Shown here: positions 19,942 to 29,683 of the stretch, piece by piece | Layout: every line of letters starts with the position of its first letter | Position numbering within the stretch: the stretch's first letter is position 1 | Assembly: GCA_963663405.2 (NCBI GenBank) | Contig: CAXXSM010000082.1 | Span: forward strand, 1 to 47,778 | DNA: 47,778 nt | From: a bacterium | GTDB lineage: Bacteria; Hinthialibacterota; Hinthialibacteria; Hinthialibacterales; Hinthialibacteraceae | Reading direction: 5' to 3' | The notes under the pieces: model-generated | Seen by the model: the letters and a program-made list of their open reading frames with translations, nothing else | Told to the model about the DNA's origin: nothing | The model's database searches: none | Made by a program: the position numbers and the translations under genes

Positions 19942-20502
19942 ATGGAACCTAATGAATACATCGAAGAATGTGAATTGGAAATGGAAGAAGCCATTGAGGC
20001 GACACAGCGTGAACTGGCGAAATTGCGGACAGGACGCGCTTCTCCTTCACTGCTTGATTCTGTAGTCGTAGACGCATACGGAACCAAAACGCCCTTAAAA
20101 CAGCTGGCGAATATCAGCATTCCCGAAGCGCGTTTGATCGTTATCCATCCGTGGGATAAATCCGTGATTAGTGAAATTGAAAAAGCGATCCAAGTCGCGG
20201 ATCTGGGAATCAATCCCAATAGCGACGGTCAGCTGATCCGCCTCTCGATTCCTCCACTAACCGAAGAACGCCGCCGCGAACAGGTGAAACTCGCCAAGAA
20301 AATCGGCGAAGAAGGAAAAATCCGCATCCGTCATATCCGCCGTAATTCGAACGAATCCCTCAAAAAAGCGGAAAAAGAAGGCTCCATCCCCGAAGACCAA
20401 TCCCATAACCTCCAAGACGAAGTCCAAAAACTCACCGATAAATACACCACTCAGATCGACACCCTCCTTAAAGACAAAGAAAATGATATTATGAATATCT
20501 GA
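19942..20502 (+). CDS. frr: Ribosome recycling factor
   Basis: LRTGRASPSLLD, YGTKTPLKQLANIS, IPPLTEERR, IRHIRR; canonical position after pyrH. Confidence 0.96.
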   Translation: MEPNEYIEECELEMEEAIEATQRELAKLRTGRASPSLLDSVVVDAYGTKTPLKQLANISIPEARLIVIHPWDKSVISEIEKAIQVADLGINPNSDGQLIRLSIPPLTEERRREQVKLAKKIGEEGKIRIRHIRRNSNESLKKAEKEGSIPEDQSHNLQDEVQKLTDKYTTQIDTLLKDKENDIMNI

Positions 20503-20560
20503 GTCTGGTTCCACTCATTTTAAATTTCAAAAAAAGTATTTATCCCGAGGAGTCTTCACC

Positions 20561-20719
20561 ATGCGGAACTATACCCTTATTTATTGGAAAGAGGACCGTT
20601 TCTAGCTTGGGAAATTGAAAGAGTATCCTGAAATTATGACGCAAGGCGCCACAGTTGAAGAATTGGAAGTGAATATCAAAGACGCGTTTCAACTGATGTC
20701 CGAAGAAACGCGCAGTTGA
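20561..20719 (+). pseudogene. HicB-family antitoxin remnant with in-frame TAG
   Basis: GAGGAG RBS; MRNYTLIYWKEDRF*LGKLKEYPEIMTQGATVEELEVNIKDAFQLMSEETRS*; TAG at 20603-05 (plausibly TGG). Not in the ORF track. Confidence 0.78.
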
Positions 20720-20728
20720 ACTACTCTC

Positions 20729-20998
20729 ATGAAATTAGATGAACGCATTCTCAATCGTGTCATTGAAATAGCCAAGTCGTATGGCGCTAATCGGCTAATT
20801 CTTTTTGGCGCCGCCGTGGAGGATCCTGATTCCGTTCATGATCTCGATCTGGCTTGTGATGGGATCGCTGGATGGAAACTGTATGAACTCGGAGCGGCGA
20901 TCGAAAATGAATTACGCATTCCACTTGATCTTGTTCCTTTGTCTCCCCCCACCCGTTTTACTCGCTATATTGAATCTAAAGGCAGGCGATTAATATGA
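20729..20998 (+). CDS. Minimal nucleotidyltransferase (MNT/MntA-like antitoxin)
   Basis: RLILFGA-x9-DLDLAC, RIPLDLVPL; 89 aa; overlaps the HEPN start (ATGA). Confidence 0.82.
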   Translation: MKLDERILNRVIEIAKSYGANRLILFGAAVEDPDSVHDLDLACDGIAGWKLYELGAAIENELRIPLDLVPLSPPTRFTRYIESKGRRLI

Positions 20999-21456
20999 CG
21001 CCTGATGAATTACGGGAAGAGATTACGATAGAACTTGAATGGATGCGGCTAGTAATCGCTGAGATTGAATCCCTGCGATACGATCTTGGTGTACGGTCGC
21101 CAACCATTCGCGAGAAAACAGCCGCTGCATCATTCATTGCGCAATTTTATGGGGGCGTAGAGAATATTCTCAAACGGATATCCCGTTTTTATCATGTAAC
21201 ACTGCCGCAAGGGGATTCATGGCATATTGAATTATTCCAACGCTTTTGTTTTCCTCCCTATTCCACATTACCAACGCTGTTTGATTCTGATCTTGCGGTT
21301 GAACTTTCACAATTTCGAAAGTTTCGACATGTTGTTTTGCATAGCTACGGATTTCAAATTGATTGGGAAAGAATGCGTGAAGGAGTTTTTAAAATTGACT
21401 CCGTATTTAAACATCTTTATGAGTCACTTGAAAACTTTTTAGACTCTATTGATTGA
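20995..21456 (+). CDS. HEPN-domain RNase toxin (HepT-like)
   Basis: FYGGVENILKRI, GDSWHIEL, RHVVLHSY (Rx4HxY motif). Confidence 0.88.
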   Translation: MTPDELREEITIELEWMRLVIAEIESLRYDLGVRSPTIREKTAAASFIAQFYGGVENILKRISRFYHVTLPQGDSWHIELFQRFCFPPYSTLPTLFDSDLAVELSQFRKFRHVVLHSYGFQIDWERMREGVFKIDSVFKHLYESLENFLDSID

Positions 21457-21469
21457 TCTAATTCACCGT

Positions 21470-22951
21470 TCACCCCACCCGGCGAAATAATTGGCGGACT
21501 TGCCGTTTCGCCAGGAATTTGAATGTGTTCCAGGTGTGGCGGGGGCGGAGCAGCAGGCGTGTTAAGTGTTTAAAATCTTTGAAGGGGCGCAGGAGTTTGT
21601 GGCGGTCCCATTCGTTGTAGGCCATGCAGAACGCTTGTTCGAGATCTTTGCCGGATAAGGCGTCCGTGCGGATGACGGCGGTTGTTCCTCCATCATAAGC
21701 GGACCAGTCCTTGGTGAGCAGTTTCCCATCGCGTTCCAGCATTTTGTAAAATTCCGAGCCGGGGAATGGGGTCATAATCGAGAATTGCACCGTGTCGGGA
21801 TTCATCTCTTTGGCAAAATCTATGGTTTTACGAACCGTCTCCCAAGTCTCGCCCGGCAATCCGAAACTGAAGGTTAAATGCTGACGGATATCCAATTCGC
21901 GGGTGATGCGGACAGTCTCCCTTACTTTTTCCAAATCGAGATTCTTATGCGCGGCGTCGACAAGCGCCTGCGATCCAGATTCGACGCCGTATTTGATCCC
22001 CTGCAGACCCGCTTCTTTCATGGCGATAAGGGTTTCACGGTCGGACGTGTCCGCGCGGGCCATCGCCGCCCAGGGGAGTTTGAGATTCCGGCGCTGGATT
22101 TCTTCGCAGAGCGTCAGAATTCTTTTTTTGCCGATGTTGAATGTATCGTCGTCAAAATAGTAGGAACGAAATCCATATTGTTTAACCATCGCTTCGATTT
22201 CGTTAACGACATCCACTGGATTCCGTGTGCGGAATTGATTGCCTCCGTACATGATTTGAGGCCAGGCGCAGAAGATGCACTGAAAAGGGCAGCCCCGGCT
22301 GGTCCACATCTGCAGACTAGGCGCGGGAATCCCGCCCGGCAGATCATGGTAAGCAAGCATAGGCAGATGACGCCGTGACGGCCAAGGAATGGAATCCAAG
22401 TCCGGATTGACGGCCACGCAATCGGTTTCTTTGCTCTCTCCTTCATTGGATCGATAGACGAGGTTTGGAACGTGGGAGAAATCCCTATTCGATTCGATCG
22501 TCTCGATCAGTTTCAATACCCGTGTGTCGTATTCGTATTTAATGACAAAATCGACGATAGGGTATTCATCGAGAAAGCCGGGCCGGTACATATCCAAGTG
22601 GATTCCACAAAAGACGATTTTGGTATGGGGGCAGGCGTCTTTAATACGTTTCGCCTGACGTAGATCGGTATCGAGAGAGGACGTGGAGACTTCCAGAATT
22701 GTCACATCGGGGCCGAACGAGACGGCGCGCTCTATATAATTATCTTCGCTGGTTCGTTCCGCGACTCCATCGATGAGAAGACATTCGTATCCCGCTTTTT
22801 CTAAAATAGACGCCGCATAGGCTAGATAGAATGGAAAGGGGAGATAGGGGCTTCCCTCTTCTTCGAAATGGGGCCAGCGGGATCCGGCGCGCACACCATA
22901 AAATCCTTTTTTATACCAAGGGCCGTTGCCAAGAAAAATCTTTACACTCAT
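21470..22951 (-). CDS. Cobalamin-binding (class B) radical SAM protein, HpnJ-like
   Basis: RAGSRWPH, PFYLAYAA, TSRGCPFQCIFC (CxxxCxxC), FDDDTF, GVESGSQ, FSFGLPGET, TPFPGSEFY. Confidence 0.9.
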   Translation of the reverse strand: MSVKIFLGNGPWYKKGFYGVRAGSRWPHFEEEGSPYLPFPFYLAYAASILEKAGYECLLIDGVAERTSEDNYIERAVSFGPDVTILEVSTSSLDTDLRQAKRIKDACPHTKIVFCGIHLDMYRPGFLDEYPIVDFVIKYEYDTRVLKLIETIESNRDFSHVPNLVYRSNEGESKETDCVAVNPDLDSIPWPSRRHLPMLAYHDLPGGIPAPSLQMWTSRGCPFQCIFCAWPQIMYGGNQFRTRNPVDVVNEIEAMVKQYGFRSYYFDDDTFNIGKKRILTLCEEIQRRNLKLPWAAMARADTSDRETLIAMKEAGLQGIKYGVESGSQALVDAAHKNLDLEKVRETVRITRELDIRQHLTFSFGLPGETWETVRKTIDFAKEMNPDTVQFSIMTPFPGSEFYKMLERDGKLLTKDWSAYDGGTTAVIRTDALSGKDLEQAFCMAYNEWDRHKLLRPFKDFKHLTRLLLRPRHTWNTFKFLAKRQVRQLFRRVG

Positions 22952-22990
22952 CAAATACCTCGCCAATACACTTCGATTCGATGAACTGTG

Positions 22991-23797
22991 TCACATCGCG
23001 GTCATCAGCAGGATCACGTAGAGAACCATAGGTACCGACGCGACCAGAAACGCCTGCGGCGGCGCTAGCTTCTGCGCTACCCGGAAACCACACATACATA
23101 ATATAAACGAAAAGATCTCCGCCAAGAAAAAGCCTAAAAACGGGATCAACCAGAGACACTGCACGGTCATCGCATAACAGCGGATCTGAAGCGTCGCCCA
23201 ATACCCTTCCTTCCCATGAAACATCGTCACGAGCGCCTGTTGGAAAAACGACGCGACGATGATGTATAACAGCAGAAAATCGACCGGCATCTTGAGAAGA
23301 TCCAAATGACTAAGCGATCGCCATACCTGCAGCTGCTCAGTGATGGACGCTTCAACGTCCGCGCCTATCGGCGCCGCTCCTTGTTCAATTTGCTGAAACA
23401 CCGCTGGATAGACGTATTTTATATACAAAACGTTGATGGGAAACCAAAATAAGAGTATGCAGATCATCGCGAAGAGAAGCGGAGCCGCGTAATTTTTCCG
23501 TGCGGGCAGCTGTGCGAAAAAGATGCTGGGATGAAAGAGCACCATGCGCGCCGTATCGAAGAAGGCGTGAGCGATTCCCAATTCCCGCCATCGCTGCCAG
23601 GGGATTTCATCGCTGCGTTTCGTTTCCCGCGTTATGGGAGTGGATTGGATCGTAAATCCATTCCAACAGATCTGACAGAAGGGTTCTCCCTCCACATGAA
23701 TTATGCATTGCTCACAGAACGGCTTCCCGCAATGAGAGCAGAGATGAGCCGCTTGTTTTTGAGAATGGAAATAACACTGTCCGTATGATTCGTTCAT
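22991..23797 (-). CDS. B-box-type zinc finger + Yip1-like membrane protein
   Basis: CYFH...CSHCGKPFCEQC...FCQIC, IPWQR, F...ARMVLFHPSIFF, then several hydrophobic helices. Confidence 0.7.
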   Translation of the reverse strand: MNESYGQCYFHSQKQAAHLCSHCGKPFCEQCIIHVEGEPFCQICWNGFTIQSTPITRETKRSDEIPWQRWRELGIAHAFFDTARMVLFHPSIFFAQLPARKNYAAPLLFAMICILLFWFPINVLYIKYVYPAVFQQIEQGAAPIGADVEASITEQLQVWRSLSHLDLLKMPVDFLLLYIIVASFFQQALVTMFHGKEGYWATLQIRCYAMTVQCLWLIPFLGFFLAEIFSFILCMCGFRVAQKLAPPQAFLVASVPMVLYVILLMTAM

Positions 23798-23906
23798 GAT
23801 TGTTTCCGCAATCTCCCAGGGAGCGGAACGGTGGCGCTCAGGTTCTTCTATTATTATAGTGTATCGCAAAAAATCAAACGCTGTATGAATCCAACCGTCT
23901 CAGCGT

Positions 23907-24797
23907 TCATGACAAGCCGAATGAATGGGCCTCATCCTCTGACGCGCACGCGATAAAATTCGCGTACTTGAATGTTTCCAACCGCCGGTGGTCGAATTGG
24001 GTAACCCACTCGATCCCCGCCTGCATCAGCCGGCCCCACCGATAGCCGTGTTTTTTGAACAACACATTCGCGTCGCTGAGAAATTCGCGGGCGTCCGCCC
24101 ATGCGCCACCGTACTCGAACTGGATCAACCGGACCCGCCGCTCTTCCAGCCAGGGTTCCGCCCCGCGCAGTATGGGCATTTCAAATCCCTCCGTGTCGAT
24201 TTTCATGAAATCGATGGGATTCACATTTTCCAATCCAGGCGCGTCCACAATCGGTTTGCACGCAACGGGAACGACGGTTTGCGCTTTCCGTTCAACGGTT
24301 CGTTCGCGGGATACAAAACCCGAACAAACGGATCCCGGCCCGTGGTCATGAAACTCCAATATGGCTTGTTTCTCTCCAAGTCCCAGCGCGAAGGTCTCTA
24401 CGTTGGGATTGGATTGAAACCGTTCAATCAATTGCGCTGCGGTGGCGGGACTCGCTTCGAAACTATATAGCCTAGCCTGTGGATTGATATCAAGACAGGC
24501 CTGGGTCCAATCACCTACATTCGCGCCGATATCCAGAATCACCCTGCATTGTGGAACTACACGTTCGATCAGCCAATGTTCCCCGTTCGTCGCTGGATCG
24601 CAATTGTTCCAATTATGGAAACGGTCCAATTCCGGCAGCAGCATGGTCAAGTAATGCAGAAGAATCGCTCGGGATTTGGGGAGTTTCACCGCGGTTTGGA
24701 TCATGCGGGGGAGCTGTTCCTGAAGAAGCGCCGCCACTCGTTCATCTGTGGGATCGGCGCCGGGATTCGTTTTTTGGCTGCCGGGCTGCGATGTCAT
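23907..24797 (-). CDS. FkbM-family methyltransferase
   Basis: NGEHWL, LDIGANVGDW, FEASP, IDFMKIDTEGFEMPILRGA, IQFEYGG. Confidence 0.9.
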   Translation of the reverse strand: MTSQPGSQKTNPGADPTDERVAALLQEQLPRMIQTAVKLPKSRAILLHYLTMLLPELDRFHNWNNCDPATNGEHWLIERVVPQCRVILDIGANVGDWTQACLDINPQARLYSFEASPATAAQLIERFQSNPNVETFALGLGEKQAILEFHDHGPGSVCSGFVSRERTVERKAQTVVPVACKPIVDAPGLENVNPIDFMKIDTEGFEMPILRGAEPWLEERRVRLIQFEYGGAWADAREFLSDANVLFKKHGYRWGRLMQAGIEWVTQFDHRRLETFKYANFIACASEDEAHSFGLS

Positions 24798-24965
24798 AAG
24801 GCACAACCATCAAGAATGAGTTTGAATCTTTGCGTTCGTTCATATAGTACCTCTTTACTGCGGACGTGGAAGTTAACTGAGGGGAATATGTTGCGGACCA
24901 TACAAATTGACTCTATGATTTGCAAAATGGATTCAATCCAACGTGAGATTTAGACCGAGAGGGAG

Positions 24966-25823
24966 ATGTGCGTGGAACTTCTCAATCGATACAGCAAGAA
25001 CGTCAAATCCCAGGACGGCGAAGACGGGATCATTGAACATATTTTTCAAGTCATTGGCGTGACCAATAAAATTTGTGTGGAATTCGGCGCATGGGACGGT
25101 GAGCATCTCAGCAATACATGGAACCTGATCGTCAATCATCAATGGAAAGCGGTTCTAATTGAGGCGAATCCCTACAAAGTGAACGTGCTCAAGGAAAAGT
25201 TCAAAAACCATCCTTACGTCAAACCCATCTGCGCCCTGGTGGAAGAGTCCGGCCCCAACAGCATCGACAGTATTCTGAGCCAGTTACTCAAAGTGAAACG
25301 AATCGATCTAATGTCGATCGACATCGACGGCAATGATTACAAAGTGTGGGAGAGCATCGTCGATTATCATCCCCGCGTCGTGATTGTTGAATATAATCCC
25401 ACAATTCCCTCTCATATGGATCTCCGGGCGGTCAATCCCGATAACTTCTTCGGTTGTTCGATCCGCTCGCTCTATAATTTAGGGAAGAAAAAGGGTTATG
25501 AACTAGTCGCCTGTACCCTTTGCAACGGGATCTTTGTCGAAAAGGAACTGTATCCAAAATTTAACCTGGAAACGAATGATCCAGATATCCTGACACCGAA
25601 GAAAGCCCTGACATGGGTGATTTCGACTTATGATGGGCAATTGTTACTCTCGCGTGTGCCGCCGTATTCGGCTGGGCGTGATATCGATGAATTCTATGAA
25701 TGGGTCTGCGCGAAAGAGAAGGAAGAATTCCCTGATTTGAGCCAAAAACCCCGGAAAGATTCCGTCAATCAGCTGACGGAGGAGAATTTGGAGCATAAAC
25801 TACAGCGGATTAAAATCCGCTGA
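24966..25823 (+). CDS. FkbM/Methyltransf_21-like methyltransferase
   Basis: SQDGEDGIIEHIF, CVEFGAWDG...SNT, DLMSIDIDGNDY.VW, PRVVIVEYNP. Confidence 0.82.
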   Translation: MCVELLNRYSKNVKSQDGEDGIIEHIFQVIGVTNKICVEFGAWDGEHLSNTWNLIVNHQWKAVLIEANPYKVNVLKEKFKNHPYVKPICALVEESGPNSIDSILSQLLKVKRIDLMSIDIDGNDYKVWESIVDYHPRVVIVEYNPTIPSHMDLRAVNPDNFFGCSIRSLYNLGKKKGYELVACTLCNGIFVEKELYPKFNLETNDPDILTPKKALTWVISTYDGQLLLSRVPPYSAGRDIDEFYEWVCAKEKEEFPDLSQKPRKDSVNQLTEENLEHKLQRIKIR

Positions 25824-25846
25824 CAAGTCTGGAATAAGAGAAACAG

Positions 25847-26491
25847 ATGGAAATACTGCAATCGCGTTTCATTTTGCGCAATGATCCCATCATCACCCGG
25901 ATCGGTGGGGAGGATTTGAATCCGGCGTGGTGGTCCCGTTTTTATGAGTACAAATGGGCGCTGGACGCCGCCCGGATATATTTCGAACGGAGAAAGGAAG
26001 AACGGCGCCTTTGTCTAGACGCGGGATGCGGGATCGAGCATCCATTCAAGCGCGAACTGCTCCAATCCTTTGATAAAGTTGTCGCGATTGATGAAGATCC
26101 GGCGATTGAAACCGTTGAAAACGATGATTCCCAGCTTGAACTCTATCATTCTCCATTGGAGACGTTTCAGTATAATGAGCCGTTTGACTGCATTTTCTGT
26201 GTATCGGTTTTAGAACATCTTGAACCGGCTCATTTAAACCAATCCGTGGGGAATTTTTACAGCCTATTGCGTCCAGGAGGGTGTTTGGCGCTGACATTCG
26301 ACTTTCCCCACGTCAATCTGGACGCGGTGAAAAACGCGCTGATGAAGAACGGGTTCAAAGCGTTTGGCTGGGATGTCCGCCGTGGGCCGGATACGTTAAA
26401 CGGTCTCAATTCCCAATACCCCAATCCTGCCCGGCCGGATCTAAACGTGTTCCGGGCGTTCACGATCAAGCCGGATGAGAAAGTGCGATGA
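25847..26491 (+). CDS. Class I SAM-dependent methyltransferase
   Basis: WSRFYEYKW, LDAGCG, FDCIFCVSVLEHL, LRPGGCLALTFD. Confidence 0.85.
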   Translation: MEILQSRFILRNDPIITRIGGEDLNPAWWSRFYEYKWALDAARIYFERRKEERRLCLDAGCGIEHPFKRELLQSFDKVVAIDEDPAIETVENDDSQLELYHSPLETFQYNEPFDCIFCVSVLEHLEPAHLNQSVGNFYSLLRPGGCLALTFDFPHVNLDAVKNALMKNGFKAFGWDVRRGPDTLNGLNSQYPNPARPDLNVFRAFTIKPDEKVR

Positions 26492-26495
26492 AACG

Positions 26496-27464
26496 TCACC
26501 AATCGTTGGATGACGCATACCCCAAATCACATAATAGATCACCCGCCATTTCTTTAAATGTTTCTTTGTCCTCTTGACTCATTTCCTGTTTCCAACGTCC
26601 TGTCGATTGGGTATAGATCGGTTTATTGACACCATCGTGTTTTGGTTCCCGCAGGTAGGCGGGGCGGGGGATTAAATAAAATTGATCCAACAGCGCCCGT
26701 TCGAAGCGTTCTCCGATGTAATCAAAGAGCGCCTGGAAGGTTTCCAGAGGGTATTGAGTAAGGTCTTCGTATTTTACTTCCCAATACCAAGGGGCGCCGC
26801 GTTTTTGGATTCCCGCCTGTGTGCTCTTCGCCCAAATATCCACACACTGGCTGAAGGGATAATCGGAAATACTTTTATAACTGCAGGCCACATCGCGTCC
26901 ATCGCGGAGCAGGTGGATGAATTTCATCTTAGGGAAATGAGAGGCGATCGAATCAAGGTGGTAAACATTCGCGGGAGATTTTTCCGCCCAGCGGCCTTTT
27001 CCTTCTTTGCTCGCACAGCGCCGGAAAAATGTTTCGGCGTACTGCGCCTGCGAGCGGCATTGCAGAAAAATGGCTTTCATCTCCTCCACCGGAACCGGAT
27101 GATTCCCCGCCGTCTTTCGGAGATACGCCTCTGAATTATGGACACGGGGACCGAATGAGAAGAGTTGCAATAGATATACATTTTCAAACAGAAGACCTGT
27201 CTCAAAACCACAAACCATATTGGGATGCGCGTTAAAAATCTTCCAAAGCAGCGTTGTTCCCGACCGCCCCGATCCACCGACAATGACCGGACTGTCATCC
27301 GAAACGTAATCCGCCCGCATCCATTGCATTAACTTATTTGATAGTTGATTCACATGCGCCATCACATCCTGCGGTGATGTCCCAAACACCCGCAATCCAG
27401 CGGCGGGAAGAATCCCCACATATCGCTTTACACCGAGTTGTTGGAGTTGAAGGTCGATTTTCAT
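26496..27464 (-). CDS. PAPS-dependent sulfotransferase with extra N-terminal domain (paralog 1)
   Basis: 5'-PSB loop GGSGRSGTTLL, WAEKSP, 3'-PB motif LRDGRDVACS, VKYEDL, GRWK, LGY. Confidence 0.9.
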   Translation of the reverse strand: MKIDLQLQQLGVKRYVGILPAAGLRVFGTSPQDVMAHVNQLSNKLMQWMRADYVSDDSPVIVGGSGRSGTTLLWKIFNAHPNMVCGFETGLLFENVYLLQLFSFGPRVHNSEAYLRKTAGNHPVPVEEMKAIFLQCRSQAQYAETFFRRCASKEGKGRWAEKSPANVYHLDSIASHFPKMKFIHLLRDGRDVACSYKSISDYPFSQCVDIWAKSTQAGIQKRGAPWYWEVKYEDLTQYPLETFQALFDYIGERFERALLDQFYLIPRPAYLREPKHDGVNKPIYTQSTGRWKQEMSQEDKETFKEMAGDLLCDLGYASSNDW

Positions 27465-27510
27465 TGATAGTTGAACGTCGATATTTTGACAAATATTAAG
27501 TCTGATTGAC

Positions 27511-28296
27511 CTAAAGCGATACTTGTAAAGTCTGCCGTTCTCCCTGGTGTTGTTCTGAAAGGTTCTTCTGTGATGGAATCATCTCGTTTTGGTAAAAGGG
27601 AAGTTCATCCCATGTTTTTCCATTTAATGAACGGCCTGTCTTTTTTTTATTCTTGCCACCCCATTGTTTAAAAAAGAAAGGCACGTTAGCCTTTTTGCAT
27701 TGTTTTAAGATATCTTCCACCCATGTTTTTTCTATGGGACGCGCATTTGGCCCAGATTCGCCACCTACGATTGCCCAATCAACATTAGTGAGGTTTAAAT
27801 TTGGAAGAGGACCTAACAACGGCTCAATAGATAGAAATTTAATCTTCCCTTGAGTTTGTGTAAGATGATCGATACGAAATGTATAATCATTATTTTCAAT
27901 GCTAACTCCCATCCATAAATTCGCAGGCCATTTCAATCGAGGACTTAATTCCATCATCCTTTTGGAACGCTTTGTTAATAACTGGAATTGGTGCCAGGAT
28001 GCGCGTTCTATAACGTCAAAAATTTTATGTATATATTCAATGGGTACTTGTTTATGAAATATATCACTCATCGAATTGACGAGGATTATCTGTGGCTTCT
28101 TCCATGTAAGTGGCTTTTCAAGCATGTGAGGCTGTAAAGTTAATTGAAAACCATTGCGATAATTCGGTTGCCCCATTGCCATCAAGCGTTTTGATAACTT
28201 TTCGGCATAACAATATTGACAACCCGGACTGATTTTTGTACAGCCAGTGATCGGATTCCAGGTTGATTCTGTCCATTCTATTTTTGAAGTTGACAT
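27511..28296 (-). CDS. DUF5131 / phage Gp37-Gp68 family protein (three-Cys motif, radical-SAM-like)
   Basis: SKIEWTESTWNPITGCTKISPGCQYCYAE, VNSMSDIFH, FQLLTKR, FLSIEPLLG, VGGESG, FFFKQWGG. Confidence 0.93.
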   Translation of the reverse strand: MSTSKIEWTESTWNPITGCTKISPGCQYCYAEKLSKRLMAMGQPNYRNGFQLTLQPHMLEKPLTWKKPQIILVNSMSDIFHKQVPIEYIHKIFDVIERASWHQFQLLTKRSKRMMELSPRLKWPANLWMGVSIENNDYTFRIDHLTQTQGKIKFLSIEPLLGPLPNLNLTNVDWAIVGGESGPNARPIEKTWVEDILKQCKKANVPFFFKQWGGKNKKKTGRSLNGKTWDELPFYQNEMIPSQKNLSEQHQGERQTLQVSL

Positions 28297-28304
28297 AGAT
28301 TTTC

Positions 28305-29411
28305 CTATTCTAAAAACGTGACTTCTGCAGTATCACGAAATGTATTTTTTCTTCTCTTGTCAGCAGAAGGTTTTACTAATATTTTACCTTTTCCTTCCAA
28401 CTTGGACAACACATTCTTATAATTCTTCTTAATAAATGGTCTTCCAATATGATGCATGTTGTATATATCAATCATACTTAGAGTTTGGCCTTTGAATTCT
28501 TCAAGAAGCATATCGCCCAAATCGTCTAAGGGGCGGGATAATTCAAAAAGAAGACCTTCCGTTCTTCGCGCTGGATTATATTGAAAGGATGGTACTCCTT
28601 GTGTGTGGTAAGAACTCTCTTTTGCCATAATTTCTTTCATGATTTCATAACCACGAACATGCTTACTCACAAAGATTAGATGATGGCTTGTTCTTTTCCC
28701 ATCCGCTCGTCTAAATGTGAATGGCAACGTAAATGTGCCCCCCATTTCAACAAGAGCATCACAGATTACTTCCACAATGGTTAATTCTCTGTCCACTGGA
28801 TTTAAATCTTCAATTTTTTCTCGTAGTTGATCAGCACGTTCTTCACCAAAAAGAGCATCAATATGCTCTTTAACATTCAGATTTCCTAATCCCATATTAA
28901 CTCGATTGTAATTGAAAAAGAAAATGCAATCACAGCCCCAATCTTTTAAAACAGAATTAATCAACCTTAAAGAAAGACCTTTATATCCCCAAGGATCTAC
29001 AAAGAAAAAAGTTGGAACCAGGGTGAGTTTTTCAAAAAACTTTACAATTTTCTCTCCAACTTCGTGATTTTCAATAATAGGTTTATGTCTGAGTTTTTCA
29101 ATTCCTTTAAGTGATTCAATCTCTTTCTTAAGTGATTGAGTATGTTCAGAATCGAGATCATTAAAAATTGTGACAAGCATTTGACTTAAATCATTATCTT
29201 CGATAGTTTTCTCAAGCACAAGAATTGGAGTAGATTTGGCTCCATCTTTAAAACGCCCTGGTCCCGCAAATAGATCAATATATGCTATGTTATCTCCTCG
29301 TGCTTTTGCGGTACGCTTAACTACATTTGCCCAAGCATAGAAATATTTTGATACTATGATGGATTTTATCTCTGATTGTTCTCTTGATTCTTCGAAAAAT
29401 AGCTTATTCAT
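28305..29411 (-). CDS. tcmP: Three-Cys-motif partner protein (SAM-methyltransferase-like)
   Basis: YIDLFAGPG, TFFFVDPWGYKGL, HLIFVSKHVRGYEIMKEIM; directly upstream of DUF5131. Confidence 0.85.
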   Translation of the reverse strand: MNKLFFEESREQSEIKSIIVSKYFYAWANVVKRTAKARGDNIAYIDLFAGPGRFKDGAKSTPILVLEKTIEDNDLSQMLVTIFNDLDSEHTQSLKKEIESLKGIEKLRHKPIIENHEVGEKIVKFFEKLTLVPTFFFVDPWGYKGLSLRLINSVLKDWGCDCIFFFNYNRVNMGLGNLNVKEHIDALFGEERADQLREKIEDLNPVDRELTIVEVICDALVEMGGTFTLPFTFRRADGKRTSHHLIFVSKHVRGYEIMKEIMAKESSYHTQGVPSFQYNPARRTEGLLFELSRPLDDLGDMLLEEFKGQTLSMIDIYNMHHIGRPFIKKNYKNVLSKLEGKGKILVKPSADKRRKNTFRDTAEVTFLE

Positions 29412-29512
29412 TTTTCCCTCACAAAATCTTTTTGAAGAAATTGTTGGATCTAGATTTGTTGGACTATATGAATTTAGGAATAATCAAAGATGATGATATA
29501 ATATTTGGTGTA

Positions 29513-29541
29513 ATATTATATTTTATGTAATTGGTTGTCAA
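29513..29541 (-). promoter_or_regulatory. Putative sigma70 promoter of the tcmP-DUF5131 cassette
   Basis: Minus strand TTGACA-N17-TAATAT, about 100 nt upstream of tcmP, in AT-rich DNA. Confidence 0.45.
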
Positions 29542-29683
29542 GAAATAAATTGAATTTTAGGCTATTGTCTTGAATTTATGATCTTTGGAGAATTGTAATG
29601 ATGGAGTGGGCAAAGAGAATTGTTCGTTTTCGAATTGTGAATATGATTAATGATTGTGCTCAGATAGAAATCTGAAAACAACC

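Noticed and set aside
20603-20605. In-frame TAG as evidence of stop-codon recoding or pyrrolysine
   Set aside because: TAG serves as a normal stop for other genes here (e.g. 35071, 36762), and the ORF is a partnerless remnant.
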